From: Perna viridis
Lineage: Eukaryota
Assembly (NCBI GenBank): GCA_037379345.1
Contig: CM074512.1
Span: 22,816,001-22,880,000, forward strand
DNA: 64,000 bases
Direction of reading: 5' to 3'
The notes under the pieces were generated by a model. The model saw nothing but the letters and a program-made list of their open reading frames with translations, was not told where the DNA came from and did not search any database. Each line of letters opens with the position of its first letter. Position 1 is the first letter of the stretch. A program made the translations under genes and the position numbers. Below are positions 1-12,589 of this stretch, piece after piece.

Positions 1-583
1 ATGTGTGTGTAGAAGTATGCTATATAATTGGTTGGGGCCCTTTTAGGCCCCACCTTTGCATCTTGTAATGTCATTTATTCATATGGTTATTCATTATTAT
101 GTAATATGTTCTGGCTAGAAATCAAATATTGAATAAATGATCTTTCTCTCAATTCTAGTCTTTGTAATGATGCAAACAAAGATGCGTATCCTCTGCGACC
201 GTAAAATGGTTCACGTCATTATTGAAAATTTTAGCTGACAAAAATATAAATTGCTTGGTTTCGTTTTGTTTGTATTATGATATGTTCTTCTTGGTTTCGT
301 TTTGTTTGTTTATGATATGTATAATTTGCTATGTTTTTTAACACAAGATTTTATTAAAACGATCATAATAGAAAGATATTTGTTTGGCACTCCATACTCA
401 CTAATAATCTTATATATATTAATATACTCGGTGATTAAAAAAAACCTATGATATCATAGGAAATATATAACTGTCCTGTCAATACTGAAAAATATATCTC
501 ACTGTGCCAAAACATATTTATGAATTTATTTATCGGAGTGGAATGTCTCTTGATTGCATATCATCCTCACCATTTTATTTCTA

Positions 584-756
584 CATGAGCGGACCCAGAC
601 ACTTTGATAGGGAGAGGTGTCAGTCGGTGTCCCTCAGAAAAAGGGGGTGCTGGGACATAATTTACCATTTTTTGTCAAGCTAACACATGAAAATGACAAA
701 TTTTCCAATAACAAGGAGGGGTACTAGCCCCTGCAACCGTCCTGGATCCGCCACTG
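584..756. mobile_element. Small non-autonomous DNA element (MITE)
   Basis: Imperfect TIRs CATGAGCGGACCCAG / CTGGATCCGCCACTG; flanks ATTTCTA / ATTTCTG resemble a target-site duplication; GC-richer than flanks. Confidence 0.55.
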
Positions 757-1912
757 ATTTCTGTGTGTTGTGTATTGTTCCATTGTTCTCCTTATATCTT
801 CTTCCTTTATCCGAGTAATGTGTATTTGGATTTACTCTCATCTCGGTTTAGATAATTCAGTGTTATAGAAAGTAGCTCGAATCCAATGTAGTCTAGAATA
901 ACTGTTGGTAAAGCTAACAAGATGGATACGATTCAAACAAAGTCCATAGTCAGCACAAAAAGAAAATTAATTCAATTTTGTTTATTAACAGGATATGCAC
1001 AATGCTATTACGAGATAATAATTTCATCAAGAGGTTTCGGAGAGAATAAATTACACTAAAGAAAACTGAACTCATCTTTGAATTGAAAGTAAAAAAAATG
1101 TGTGTCCTATTGGCCTCACCGTGGATGTCTAATCCACCCCTACGTTATTAGCTAATAGTAATTTCATCAAAAAGTTAAGGGGAACTGTGGATAAAAAGTG
1201 CGTCTCCTGTCACTCTTACCTGGAAAATGACAAATTATATGTCGTATTATACTTTATTTCCACTCGAATCAGGTTACAAGTGTATCACATATAGAACATA
1301 CCTGTTAAGTTTGATGAATTTATTTATTTAGTGTAATTTGACTATTTACACCATCAGAAACTAGGAAACAGACAAGATTTTCCATATCATACTGTACCAT
1401 TGAGTTGCAATTTCATTGAAATGCACTGAAAATGAACATTTCAAGGGCAGATAACTCTGTCAAAAACCTCATTTTTTTCTAATTCTAAGCTTTTATTGAA
1501 AATTTTCTGTGCAAAGCCATTGATGAAGAGATCAAATAACGGTCTTTTCAAATACAGATAGGTATCCTTGAGTGATATTACATTGTCAGATCGGTGGGGT
1601 TTTGACATGCATGTTTCTGATTTTTCCCAAATGGCCTAATTCTTACAAATACTCGCACTCAAGTTTTGAAACCAATCCAGCCCGTATTTTAAAACAGCTT
1701 AAAGTACTAAATAAGAATAAACATGTCAACCAGGTGCATTTTTTACATTCTGGTAAATTGTAAGCATTTATATTAAATAATTATAAAAAGATATTGCAAT
1801 ATTTATTGCGAAAGAACAACAATGAGCAGATTAATTAATGAACTAATGTTTGACTAGTGAACACATTCTAACAACTTTGATACCACTACTATAAATGGTG
1901 ACAGGTTCTACT

Positions 1913-1941
1913 TCATTTCGATCTCATTATTTTGATGAACT
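1913..1941 (-). CDS. Calmodulin-like 1 exon 5
   Basis: TTTACAG| EFIKIMRSK-stop. Confidence 0.88.
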
Positions 1942-4900
1942 CTGTAAAAGATATAAGTAATTTATTGTGTGGTTTTTTGTAATTTTATGAATAGCATGTA
2001 TGTGTCTTTTATGTAATTCCTGCTTAACCATAAAGAACGCGATATTTGTTCTTCAGAATAGTTGACAAATAGAGAATCGTCTGTTAGAAACCATTTGGAG
2101 ATAATCAGCCGACACATAAAGGTTAAGATATGTTCTCTGGATTTGCTGCAGGTAATAGATCCCTTAAAGAGAGGTTCCGACCGCTTACAGAAATAACTGA
2201 TACTTGTACTAACCTTCAACTCCGACTTTCCCTTTTCCGTCTTCGTCCGCTTCTTTGATCATTTCTTCCATTGTCTCTTCTGAAATGTCTATATCTAAAC
2301 ATTGTATCACGTGTTTAAGATCAGCACATGTGATAAAGCCGTTATTGTCGTGATCAATTACAGCAAAAGCTGCTTGTAACACTTCTTCATTTTCTTCTGC
2401 ATTATTTCTTCTAATCATCATTTTGAGAAATTCGTCGAAATCAACAATTCCGTTTCCTGTGGGATAGACAATTATTTATCAAATCAATATCCTATTTTAT
2501 AATTTAAAAATAACAAGGAGTCAGTCGTTCAGAAATCGTTTCATGTTAGATATTCCGTGGCATTTTGGTTTTCGTAATCATAATTTGAAAAATGTCCACT
2601 GAAAATGTCAAATAGAATTAACAGTCCGTGTCGTAAAAAAAAACATTCAGTAACCACACCTTTTTGTATCGGTATCATTCCGGAGAAATTCAATATTTTT
2701 AATTTCATTGATGTCTAGTACAAGTCGATATGTGCTATGATTGAAGTCATCTCTACATCTATTTGTTCGCGGACATTCACCTGATGAATGCTTATTTATA
2801 TATCGTTAACTTGACTGTTATAAAACGCACATTACTGTTTACATCTATTGCTCATACCATCTAAATCAGCTTCTTGAATCATTTCAATTATTTCTTCATT
2901 TGTAGGATTCTGCCCCAGAGCCTTTAAGACAGATTTTAATTCCCATGTTGTTATAACTCCATCTCCGTCTTCGTCAAATAATCCAAAGGCTTCTTTATAA
3001 CCTGTTATGAGAAAACTGTTCGTGGTAATTATTCTGAAAACGGAATGTGCGACCTTGTTATCTTAGAAAGCAGTCTTTATAAGAAGCAGACAGGAGGTGA
3101 TTAAACCCATTGAATTCACTTTCAATTCTAATCTATAAACAGTTACAGCCCACAAAACCAGCCTTAGTTCGTCATTTTGTTGTTGCACATTATTTAGATT
3201 TGTATAAAGTTGCCACTTTGCAAGAGTTATCGTTTTTGATATTGTTTAATTTTTTTTTATTCTAGGGGAGATGAAGGTACGGTTTTCTCAAAAATAATTA
3301 TCTAAATACAGAAAGGACTATCGTTACGTAAAACATAGCATACATGTATGTACACCAAGAGAGCACTTTTTTATTCGTTGAGTTTCTCTACACCTTAAAT
3401 CACCTCTAACAAAAGCAGTGTCTGAAGTATATAGACTGGTACATAAGTTCCCATTTAAGGATGACAAAAATATTAATGTACAGTAACTGATGGTCCATGA
3501 AAGTTGTTTGTTTTTGTCGTTTATATCTCCAACGTAAATCGTATGTATTACATTTTGCGTTTTGAGATCTGCAAATATGAAATAGACGAGAAAAATAAAT
3601 GGTAAATGAACAACTTATAATATATCCTTATTAATGATTCCTTACCAAAACAACAGTCTATCATGTTATAATTGATGAACATAGGTACTCATACCCACTG
3701 AAAAGTTCCATGAAATACAGCTAGAACAATACCACATATTTTTTTACACACGGGCATATATGCAATATATATAAGTTTTCGAAAAAAAAAATTACAAAAC
3801 TGTTGGACGTTTTTCCCTCTTCAACAAAGAAAGCCGCGCGGCTTCAGTAGTGGACCTCACCTTGTAATTCTTCTTTTGAGAACTCACTGCTCTGTAATAA
3901 AAAATAAGGGTTTTTTTTTCATTTGTCTAATAGTTTCGTGTTTTATCTTCGATTATTGAAATAAGCATTTTATTTGTTCATATCAATACCCACTGAAGTA
4001 AAACCACGGGGTTGTTGGGGGTGGGGGCAAATACATTATATAAAACGTCCAAGGAAATAAACATGTGTTGATAAATCATATTCCACAACAGGGTATCGCG
4101 AACTTTTCTATATTTCTCTTAAATCCAGCTTAAAAAACTTTTAATGTAGGGCATATTAAAGGGATTACGTCAAGAGGCTATGTAAAGTACATAGTTATAT
4201 AGACGATTAACCTCTGTTCCTTACTTCAAAGACACTTCCTTCTTTAATGTTACAGTTCATAATATAGGTTTATTTGTCAAATATAGTACACGTGATTCCT
4301 TAAAGAAAAATAACAGGATATCACAAACACAAGGACCTTAGATCTGAACATACCCAGAAATCATCCTAAAGAGAACAATCAGCATGAATGTCTATAACAA
4401 ATATACATGGGGAAATCTGTTTTCGTTCTATTTGAGATGATTTAGCCCGCCTCCTCTGCGAAAATAGAATCTCAAAATTCAGCTGATATGTATAACATAT
4501 TCGAAAACTGTTTTAACTAAGCCACGTGTTTTATTACAGTTAATATATGTATAAGCTTTTTGTGATACACACATTTTGTGAGATACATTTTTGTGGTGTT
4601 ATTGGAGATGACGTTGTCATCAAACGAGCCCACAGTGGTAATCTTTGACCAAGTGTAAATAAAGCTGGAATGATATTTTTTGTATATAGATAATTTTAAT
4701 TTGGAGCCGGGTAGTGTGAATCACCATCTCAATACATTTTCACGTCTACCATTTTAACTTTCCTAATATTCTTTTTGTCATTTTGAAATTAACATTACTC
4801 GCTTTATCTTTATTTATAAATCACTTGAATCGTTTAATCAATAACAATATTCATTTGAAAATTCGGGTATACTATAAGGAAGCCATATTTCCTCTCCCAC

Positions 4901-5797
4901 CCATCCCCTCCGTTTGTCAAATGTGGAAATGGTTGCTTAGCTATTCTTCCGGGTGACATCTATTTTCTTTGGGGGAAAGCTTTAGAACACGGGAAAGAGT
5001 GTTGGTAACCTTTTGCTTTATTTCTTTTACTTAACGACCAGTTGATTATTAAATGAACTTGATGCAATAGACCAAAATATTGGTCCTGAGGTACTGAGAA
5101 TGATCAAGTGTTCTATTGCACTAGGCCAACGGTGGTCTATGATGGTAAGAGAGAAGCCATGGAAATCCTCCCAGGAGTGTCTAGCAGACCTCAAATTTCG
5201 TCTTGTACACAATGAGCATTCATGCACAATGTTCTGCCTCGCCAATACATTAAACCACCCCGACACTGATGAAAGTTCCCTATTACTGTAGAAGTTATTG
5301 TGATTTGAGTATGCGTTTGTAGTTAACCAGTGGGTTAAATAAACGTTGTTTGAAAATATGAGAACGACTGCTTTACATCACATCTTTAGAAAATAGCTGT
5401 TTAGTATAATAGCTATGTGCTTTCTGTGTTATATAGTTGATCATGTCAAAGCGGAGACTGATACATTTTTATTCATGTAGGTAAGTATCTACAATAGTCT
5501 TTGGTTATCCTGATAAAGCCATGAATTACCTACTTGGGTTTGTATGGCATACGATTGCAAAACGTCAAATACTGTCTGTAATAAGGAAATATCAGACAAA
5601 TACAGAACCTTCTAGAACTTCTTTCAACAATTATACACGGCAAAAACATATTGTTAAAGAAAGTTTAATTTAACTCAATGTTGATAAAATTATTAGTATC
5701 AACAAAATTATTTAGATGAGAATTCTTACTTTTGAATTAAGGAAAAACTTGCGACTAACAAAAATCTTACCGTCGAGCTATCTGATGATCTTGCCAT
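1913..5797 (-). CDS. Calmodulin-like protein 1 (157 aa, 5 coding exons)
   Basis: Exons 5771-5797, 3861-3891, 2858-3001, 2214-2456, 1913-1941, all GT-AG and in frame (474 nt). Protein [157 protein letters not shown]. Four EF-hands. Exon sizes 31/144/243/29 match calmodulin gene structure. Confidence 0.93.
2214..2456 (-). CDS. Calmodulin-like 1 exon 4
   Basis: 243 nt, NGIVDFDEF...[11 protein letters not shown]. Confidence 0.95.
2858..3001 (-). CDS. Calmodulin-like 1 exon 3
   Basis: 144 nt, [20 protein letters not shown]...ADLDG. Confidence 0.95.
3861..3891 (-). CDS. Calmodulin-like 1 exon 2
   Basis: TTACAG|[11 protein letters not shown]|GTGAGG, 31 nt as in calmodulin exon 2. Confidence 0.85.
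5771..5797 (-). CDS. Calmodulin-like 1 exon 1
   Basis: ATG...ACG|[15 protein letters not shown], phase 0 matches exon 2. Confidence 0.7.
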
Positions 5798-8700
5798 TAA
5801 ATCAAGCTGACGTTGACTGTGGCAGTCAAAATTTATCTATATTTTTATCATTGGAAGTTAAAATTTTAATCAACAGTTCATGACGGTACTATACTTCACG
5901 AAGTAATAACTTTATTTTGGTCGAGGCATTTAGTCAATTGTGACAGCCTTTTCGCATGTTTGCACAACTACTTAGGTTGAATAGTTTGATAACATCTATT
6001 TCAATATGTTTAAATAAAATTATTTAACTAAGCAGTGGGGTATCTAACGGTATATACATACGGAAACTAGATATCCTCGTGCAAATTGACTGATTTGTTT
6101 CAACTACTAAAAGTATTGTTTAACAAGTATTAAAATGGCAAATTTCAATGATTGTGAAATGGATAATTTATGTTTTAGTTGCAATACCATGCCTCTGTAT
6201 TGAATTATTAAGGTACCTTTGGATGTTATATTGTGATGTTATGCATTTGATATTTAATATTCGGAAACAAATAGCGAATCTAATCATTACGTCTCAGCGC
6301 ACACATGAAAAAAAACGGAACTTAATGATGAACTTATATGCAAAGAAGTATGAACGTTACCAAAACATATGTTTGCTCACCATAAGCATGTTTATCTGTT
6401 TTAGTAGTGACCTTTTCTCTTTTGTCGTGTAATCAATATACTATTTTGTACATGTGTGGGGTATTTTCAAAATATTTCGTAATGTCTCTTTATGATGTAG
6501 CTAAAATCTCATTCTGATTTTAACATATTTATTTTACCTTGGACTTTGATTGAAATAACGTAAAGTAAAAGGAAATATATATACATATAGAAGGGTCTGA
6601 TTTCCTCCTCGTAGGATTAATCTAGGGCTGTAACTTAGTACACGATGTATGGTAGTACGGGACAGCTCATTTAGGTGTTATTAGGTAGGATAGAGGATCA
6701 GATTAATGTTACATGTCACAACAAATCAATATTATACAAAGTTCTCAGAATATGACGACTCTATTCGCTACACTGCTCCATCGGATGATACAGAGAAGAT
6801 AATGTATACTTATAGAAGGGTCTGAAAAATTCCCAACGATGTTAGAACTGTCAAATTTGCGATGCAAATTTTAGCATTTTATTTAAGCCATAAGTTTACA
6901 GACTAACGGATTAATAACATGTTGAGATACACCAAACATGCACATACACAGAACAAGAAAAACTGTTCCAAAGCATTTAACAGTTAATTTTAACTGGCAT
7001 TGCATGTCTGTCTCCAATATATGTCACTGCCATTTGCTGATTTGGCCTCTTAATTGTTATTGTTATTGTTTTGCTTTCTACGTCAGATAAATTATCCTTA
7101 CTTTTCAAGACTTGATATATATACACACATGTATATGTATTAATCTACATTTTCAACACATTTCTTAGTCTATATGTGTGGCTATAGAAAAGGCGAGACT
7201 TTCGTGTGGTGTCAGTCTTGACATTTTGATTTGATAATGTACTAATGATTAACAGGAGGAAGGGCTCACTAAACTTCACGTTGAGATATTCAATACGTGA
7301 ATAATATTATAAATATATGTAAAATCAATATTTACTAGTAATATGACACTGAAGATATTTATTTAAAAGCAGTTAATTGGTATTGCTTGATTTATTAGCT
7401 TATTGTGCATTGCTTGGTATAACACTAGTTATCCTTTTGTGAGATTACCGAAAGTTGCACTTCGACATAGTACGAGAACGGTTGGCAAAAAAAGAGTAGC
7501 TCATGTCTTGTCACAATGAGCAGCTTCCCAACAATATATTATCATCAACATTTTGAAATTAATTAATTAAGTTCTACTGATCGGAATTCAAATAAAACGA
7601 AGTATGTACCATATCTTGTACAGTGGGCATTGCGGTGGAGCGCCTTTGCAATTCATTCTACAACTGACGTTTCTATATAGAATTATTTAAAAGACAGATT
7701 ATGGATGAAATGTGTCACAACAATCGAAGTTTTCGCTTTTGTAAAAAAGTGCATTCTTCAAATGACGGTACTTACAATACATTCATTCATATTCCATTTA
7801 CAAATAGATCCATCCAGAATAGATCCAGAATAGATCCAATATTATTTACATATTGAAGAAACTTGTACATTCACGAAAACATTTTAATTATCATTTAGAC
7901 TAGTAGATTGAACTAATCAGCAATTATAAGTTATTCGTCATTGATAATCAATTATTTATATCTCTACTTATCGGACATTTGGTTTACACTTGAAAGAGTC
8001 CCTTTCACTTCAAAGTTTATTTAGCCAATCGTCTAAGATCATTCTATATAGAAAGACGAATACATTTTTAAGTTGTTTCGATCATTTTAACGCCACAACT
8101 ACTAAATCATGTCAAACAAAATCATTTGTTAAGATTCTTTTCTAGTATAAATATTTAGTTTAAATGATCTTTCTCCTTTTGCTTTCAAATATTGGTTGTT
8201 AGACTTTACCTGGCAGTTAATTCAAGAGAAGGTAAACATGTTTGAAAATTTTGATTAAAAGGGTAATGATCGATTGGTTTGCATGAACCTTTCAGGACTC
8301 ACTAGATAACGAGTGTTAACATCACAACATACTGGTAAAAGACAATAGGCAGAGACAAAAGATACTTGAACATGTACGGGCTTCAGAATTCTATCATTAT
8401 CTTCAGTATGGTTTGGTTCGAGTGCTGCATAAAACACGTATAAAGCATGCCGAAATTTGAACTATTTCTTTTAGATTGTAATTTTTGTATTTACATTTAT
8501 TCTTACACTGACTCATCAATAACACCAACTCTAAAAAAACACAACACAGTTAGGCCAAGCAAAATATATTAGATTTAATTAAAGTGTAAATACTATATGT
8601 TCTCTTGTTCCATATGGTCACTTAAATCAAAAGACAAAACAATACACATTATAAATGATCTTAACGTCACTTTTTGAATTATACACGTAATTAAAAAAAG

Positions 8701-8855
8701 ACTTGCTAATTTCATCAGCAAAGTTCAGTATAATATTATGTAAGTAATATTTTTGAGAGTCGGAAACCATGTAGACATATAGAAGAGTTACGTGTAATCT
8801 TATTCAGAAACATCGTATTCCAGTAGAACCATTCTGATGAAATAACGAAGTCCTA

Positions 8856-8881
8856 TCATCTGACTAGCTGTCTTATAAAAT
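8856..8881 (-). CDS. Calmodulin-like 2 exon 5
   Basis: TTTCAG| DFIRQLVR-stop. Confidence 0.85.
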
Positions 8882-11800
8882 CTGAAATATATTAATATAA
8901 TCAATGTATATATATATATCTGTTACTAACTACTGGTATTCATGTAGCTCGCCCGTAACGGTTCAGAGATTTTTCATTTGAAATTCAAGACTCGAAAAGT
9001 AGTAAAAAGAAAAATCTAGAAGTAACTGGTGTAAAAACTAAAGCAATTATAAAAATGTAGACTGTCGGCTTATTATTTAAATGGTTTGTTTTTAATTCAT
9101 TACTATCACAGTGATGGAAACTCAAAAGTACCCATTTTATTTCAGCAATGGAACACCAAATTGTCGGTGACCGTTACTGTATGTTCGAACGATCTAAACT
9201 TATTAATTAAGCGATCTTAATCCCAGTGTATCGGCAATGGGAACTTCATGATACTAGTTTAATTTTCAATTATGGGAACTCCACGTAAATCCAGATTGTC
9301 GGTTTCTTATCCAAAACCAACCAAACTTCAAGTTGTCTGCGGTCGAAACAATGTTACTGGTATGTTATTTGAAGTTATCACCACTTTAGTGGCCAAGTTG
9401 TTATTCAGGTGATTGGAACAGAAATTTTGATTAATAATAAAATTCCTAGTTAGATTGACAAACAAAGCCAGAAGTCGAAACCAGCTAACATAAGTCCTAC
9501 ATAACGTCCCTACCTTCATATTTGATTTTATTGTCACCGTGTGATGTTGCTTCTTTCAACAGTTCCTCTATTTCGTCGACTGACATCTCTTCATCCATTG
9601 AAGTCAAAATATGTCTGACTACTTCTGCATCAAGAAAGCCTTTACCTTTAATGTCAAATATCTTAAAAGCATTCACCAGTTTGTTAGCAAACGCCTCTTC
9701 CTTGCTGCGGTTGACCATCAGAGACATGAATTCTCTGATACCTATTGTTCCTTTCCCTGCCAAAAATAGAAATATAAATGATTGGTCACGGAAAGCATAT
9801 TAAATAAACTTTGAGCATATCTAAGGGAAAAAGATCAACATATTTTGTCGGTAATAAATGAATTTTTCACGAACACGAATATTAAATTATACATTATACT
9901 CATTAGGATTCATAAGTTACATCAATGACCACCATGGTATCAAGTAACTGCAAAATAACTAGAGAAAGAGGCGGAGAAATGCCTAGGATACGACTATTTA
10001 CAAAAAAATTGTTATTGGTATTAAGTTTGTCGACATGTATTTGGATTTCAACTTATAATACATCTCACATACCCTCATAATCGACTTCATTCATCAAGTC
10101 AACCAGTTCGTCTCTAGTAACCTCGTGCCCCATAGATTTCATCACGGTTCCCAGCTCTCTAGTTAGTATCACACCCTCTCCACCGCGATCATATATGGCA
10201 AAAGCATGTTTGATTTCTAAAGAATACATCTAAGTCATATTTGGTCTTTATTTCCAAGTGGTGTGCATTTTCAATATGTTATTGGCAACTTTACCTTTGA
10301 TAATAACTCTATTCATATGATGCCGAGTATTTCCTATATGTAACAAATGATTCACGTTCTTTAAAAAACAAGGTTCTTCAAAACGTCTCCAAAATGTTAT
10401 AGAAAAAAAAACAATTTCAAAATATTACTTAATCAATACCTTATAATATGAAATAAACATAAATTACTATTTCGAGATTAAGTATACCTGACAGAAAACA
10501 TAGTTCAAAGGCTTTACGCAACCCCATTCATGAGTAAACTTGTAGACAAAAATTATATTCTATAATTTTTTCATCATAGTTCTATGTTTAAACCCACTGG
10601 ATGGAAAGCCCAGATTTTTTCACTATAAGTTCAAGTTGTTGTACGTTGAAAGCATCTCTAATCTTATATCACTCGACAAACAAAAAGAAAAAACTAATTT
10701 TCAAGCAAAAATTTTCGGTATTTAGAACACTAAATATACATGTAGATAACGCTGTGTTGAATATATCTGGTGAATTAGGGTGTCTAATTCAAAGGATTTT
10801 AACCACAAATACATGAACATGTGTGTAGGGCCGATTTCAAATGCTGTTTAAATGTCCTCGATTTTTATTGGAATCTGTAAAAAACCTTAAAATCAGAAAA
10901 ATACAAAATTTAGCAACATGGTTGAATTTTTGAAGTTTTGAATTATTTCAGTCGGGAGCCTTTTAAAAAATCGCAGCTCAAAAAAGGCAATTTACCATGA
11001 CCATTAAAATCATAATGAATATCCCAATATAAATAAAACAGCAAATGAGTGATACACTGTTACATCATGTGGTCATCTGTAAACTGTGCTGTGTGTGAAC
11101 AATTTGTTTCATACTGAGTTCTGTTTTATAGGAATACAGTAATATATTAACTTACCAACCGAATTACATGCATCATATTTGAAACATGAACTTGACAAGT
11201 CGAATTTATGCAGCTTTTAATGAAAAAAGCCTAAAATCCCATCTTCGGAATAAAATATGTTAATTTCGATGGGATAGGGACACATAGTGTGCATTTAACA
11301 TAAAAATCGTAGTTGTTCTTGTAACATTCCTGATAATATAAGAAAAGAAAAGACATTTTGGACCTTTAAAAAATATATAAAGACGTTCAGTAAAATCAGT
11401 TCACAAAAATTTTGGATTCGATATGAAATGTGTCAAAATATAAAAAAAAAACTAAATATTTGGCGATGTATATATGTGTATACTCTGCACAAGATCTTGG
11501 TAATCATTAATTCTTCTCAACAACTTTCTGTTTAGCATTATGAATAACAAAATCATGGTAATACAAACCTGCAATGTGTTCTTCTGTCAACCCATATTCT
11601 GCCTAAAACATAAAATCATACCCGCTTGATACTTACATTTGTCAAAAGTCAAAATAAAGTCTTATTCTTTGGCAAAACAGAGATAGGCTAAAGTAATACA
11701 TGTAACTCTATGGATTTGTTCAAAGTCTATTATTTTACTCGAATCGATCATAAAACATTTGTTCGACATTTACGCAAAAACTTGACCAAGTTCGTCTACA

Positions 11801-11900
11801 TCTGTTATAATAAAGCTATATAGTATAGAATGATAAAAGTTACGAAATAAAACAACTAAACTAATTATATCTCAGTACTAATATAATCAATTCTTACCAT
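8856..11900 (-). CDS. Calmodulin-like protein 2 (149 aa, 5 coding exons, degenerate EF-hands)
   Basis: Exons 11898-11900 (ATG only), 11569-11602, 10073-10216, 9514-9756, 8856-8881 (450 nt). Protein MAEYGLTEEHIAEIKHAFAIYDRGGEGVILTRELGTVMKSMGHEVTRDELVDLMNEVDYEGKGTIGIREFMSLMVNRSKEEAFANKLVNAFKIFDIKGKGFLDAEVVRHILTSMDEEMSVDEIEELLKEATSHGDNKIKYEDFIRQLVR. Same intron positions as calmodulin and as gene 1. Confidence 0.92.
9514..9756 (-). CDS. Calmodulin-like 2 exon 4
   Basis: 243 nt, KGTIGIREFMSLM...NKIKYE. Confidence 0.93.
10073..10216 (-). CDS. Calmodulin-like 2 exon 3
   Basis: 144 nt, IKHAFAIYDRGGEG...NEVDYEG. Confidence 0.93.
11569..11602 (-). CDS. Calmodulin-like 2 exon 2
   Basis: TTTTAG|AEYGLTEEHIA G|GTTTGT. 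Confidence 0.9.
11898..11900 (-). CDS. Calmodulin-like 2 exon 1 (ATG only)
   Basis: ATG|GTAAGA, the typical calmodulin first intron directly after the start codon. Confidence 0.75.
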
Positions 11901-12589
11901 ATTTATAATTCTATTCCATGAGGTTAAATTTGTCCTACTTATTAGTAAAGTAACAAAGAGTCATCAATAAAGATATTTTTTGAGATTATGTCGATCATTG
12001 CTAGGGACCTCACAATTATCTTAACGTTACAACAATACAGTTTTGGTTACTGATATGTATTTTAATTGGTACAGATGCATTATATAAGCAAACAATGGTC
12101 GACTCATTCTGTCAAACCGTACTAAATGAGTCTTTTGTTTGGTCGTATTTTTTGTCGATAAAATCAATAGTAGACAAAAGAGAAATAAAACAGAAGTTCG
12201 TAAAAAATAAACAATTTGGAAATGAATTAAATTATGTGAAACAGGACAAGCAAATTTTACCAAATTTAACATGAATAAAAAAGATCATTGACTGTGTTTT
12301 CATGTTTTTTTGACTTTTTGAATTGAATGTTCAATTGTTTAAATTTTCATTTACTTTAAATTTGTGATGGACTTCTGTTATAGTTTGATAACGGTATCGG
12401 TTGCTGAAGTGCTAAATAGAATTTACAGTAACAAGCATAAGGAGAATTCCCAGAAAAGCTATCTTGCAATTGATTTAATCAAAATACAAATAGTAGGACC
12501 TAACAAAACTATATACACGGGTATACCAAATTTAAATGTAGCCATTCCTTTATATGTTAGCTTCTTTCCTTTCAATTTACTCCGAATGA

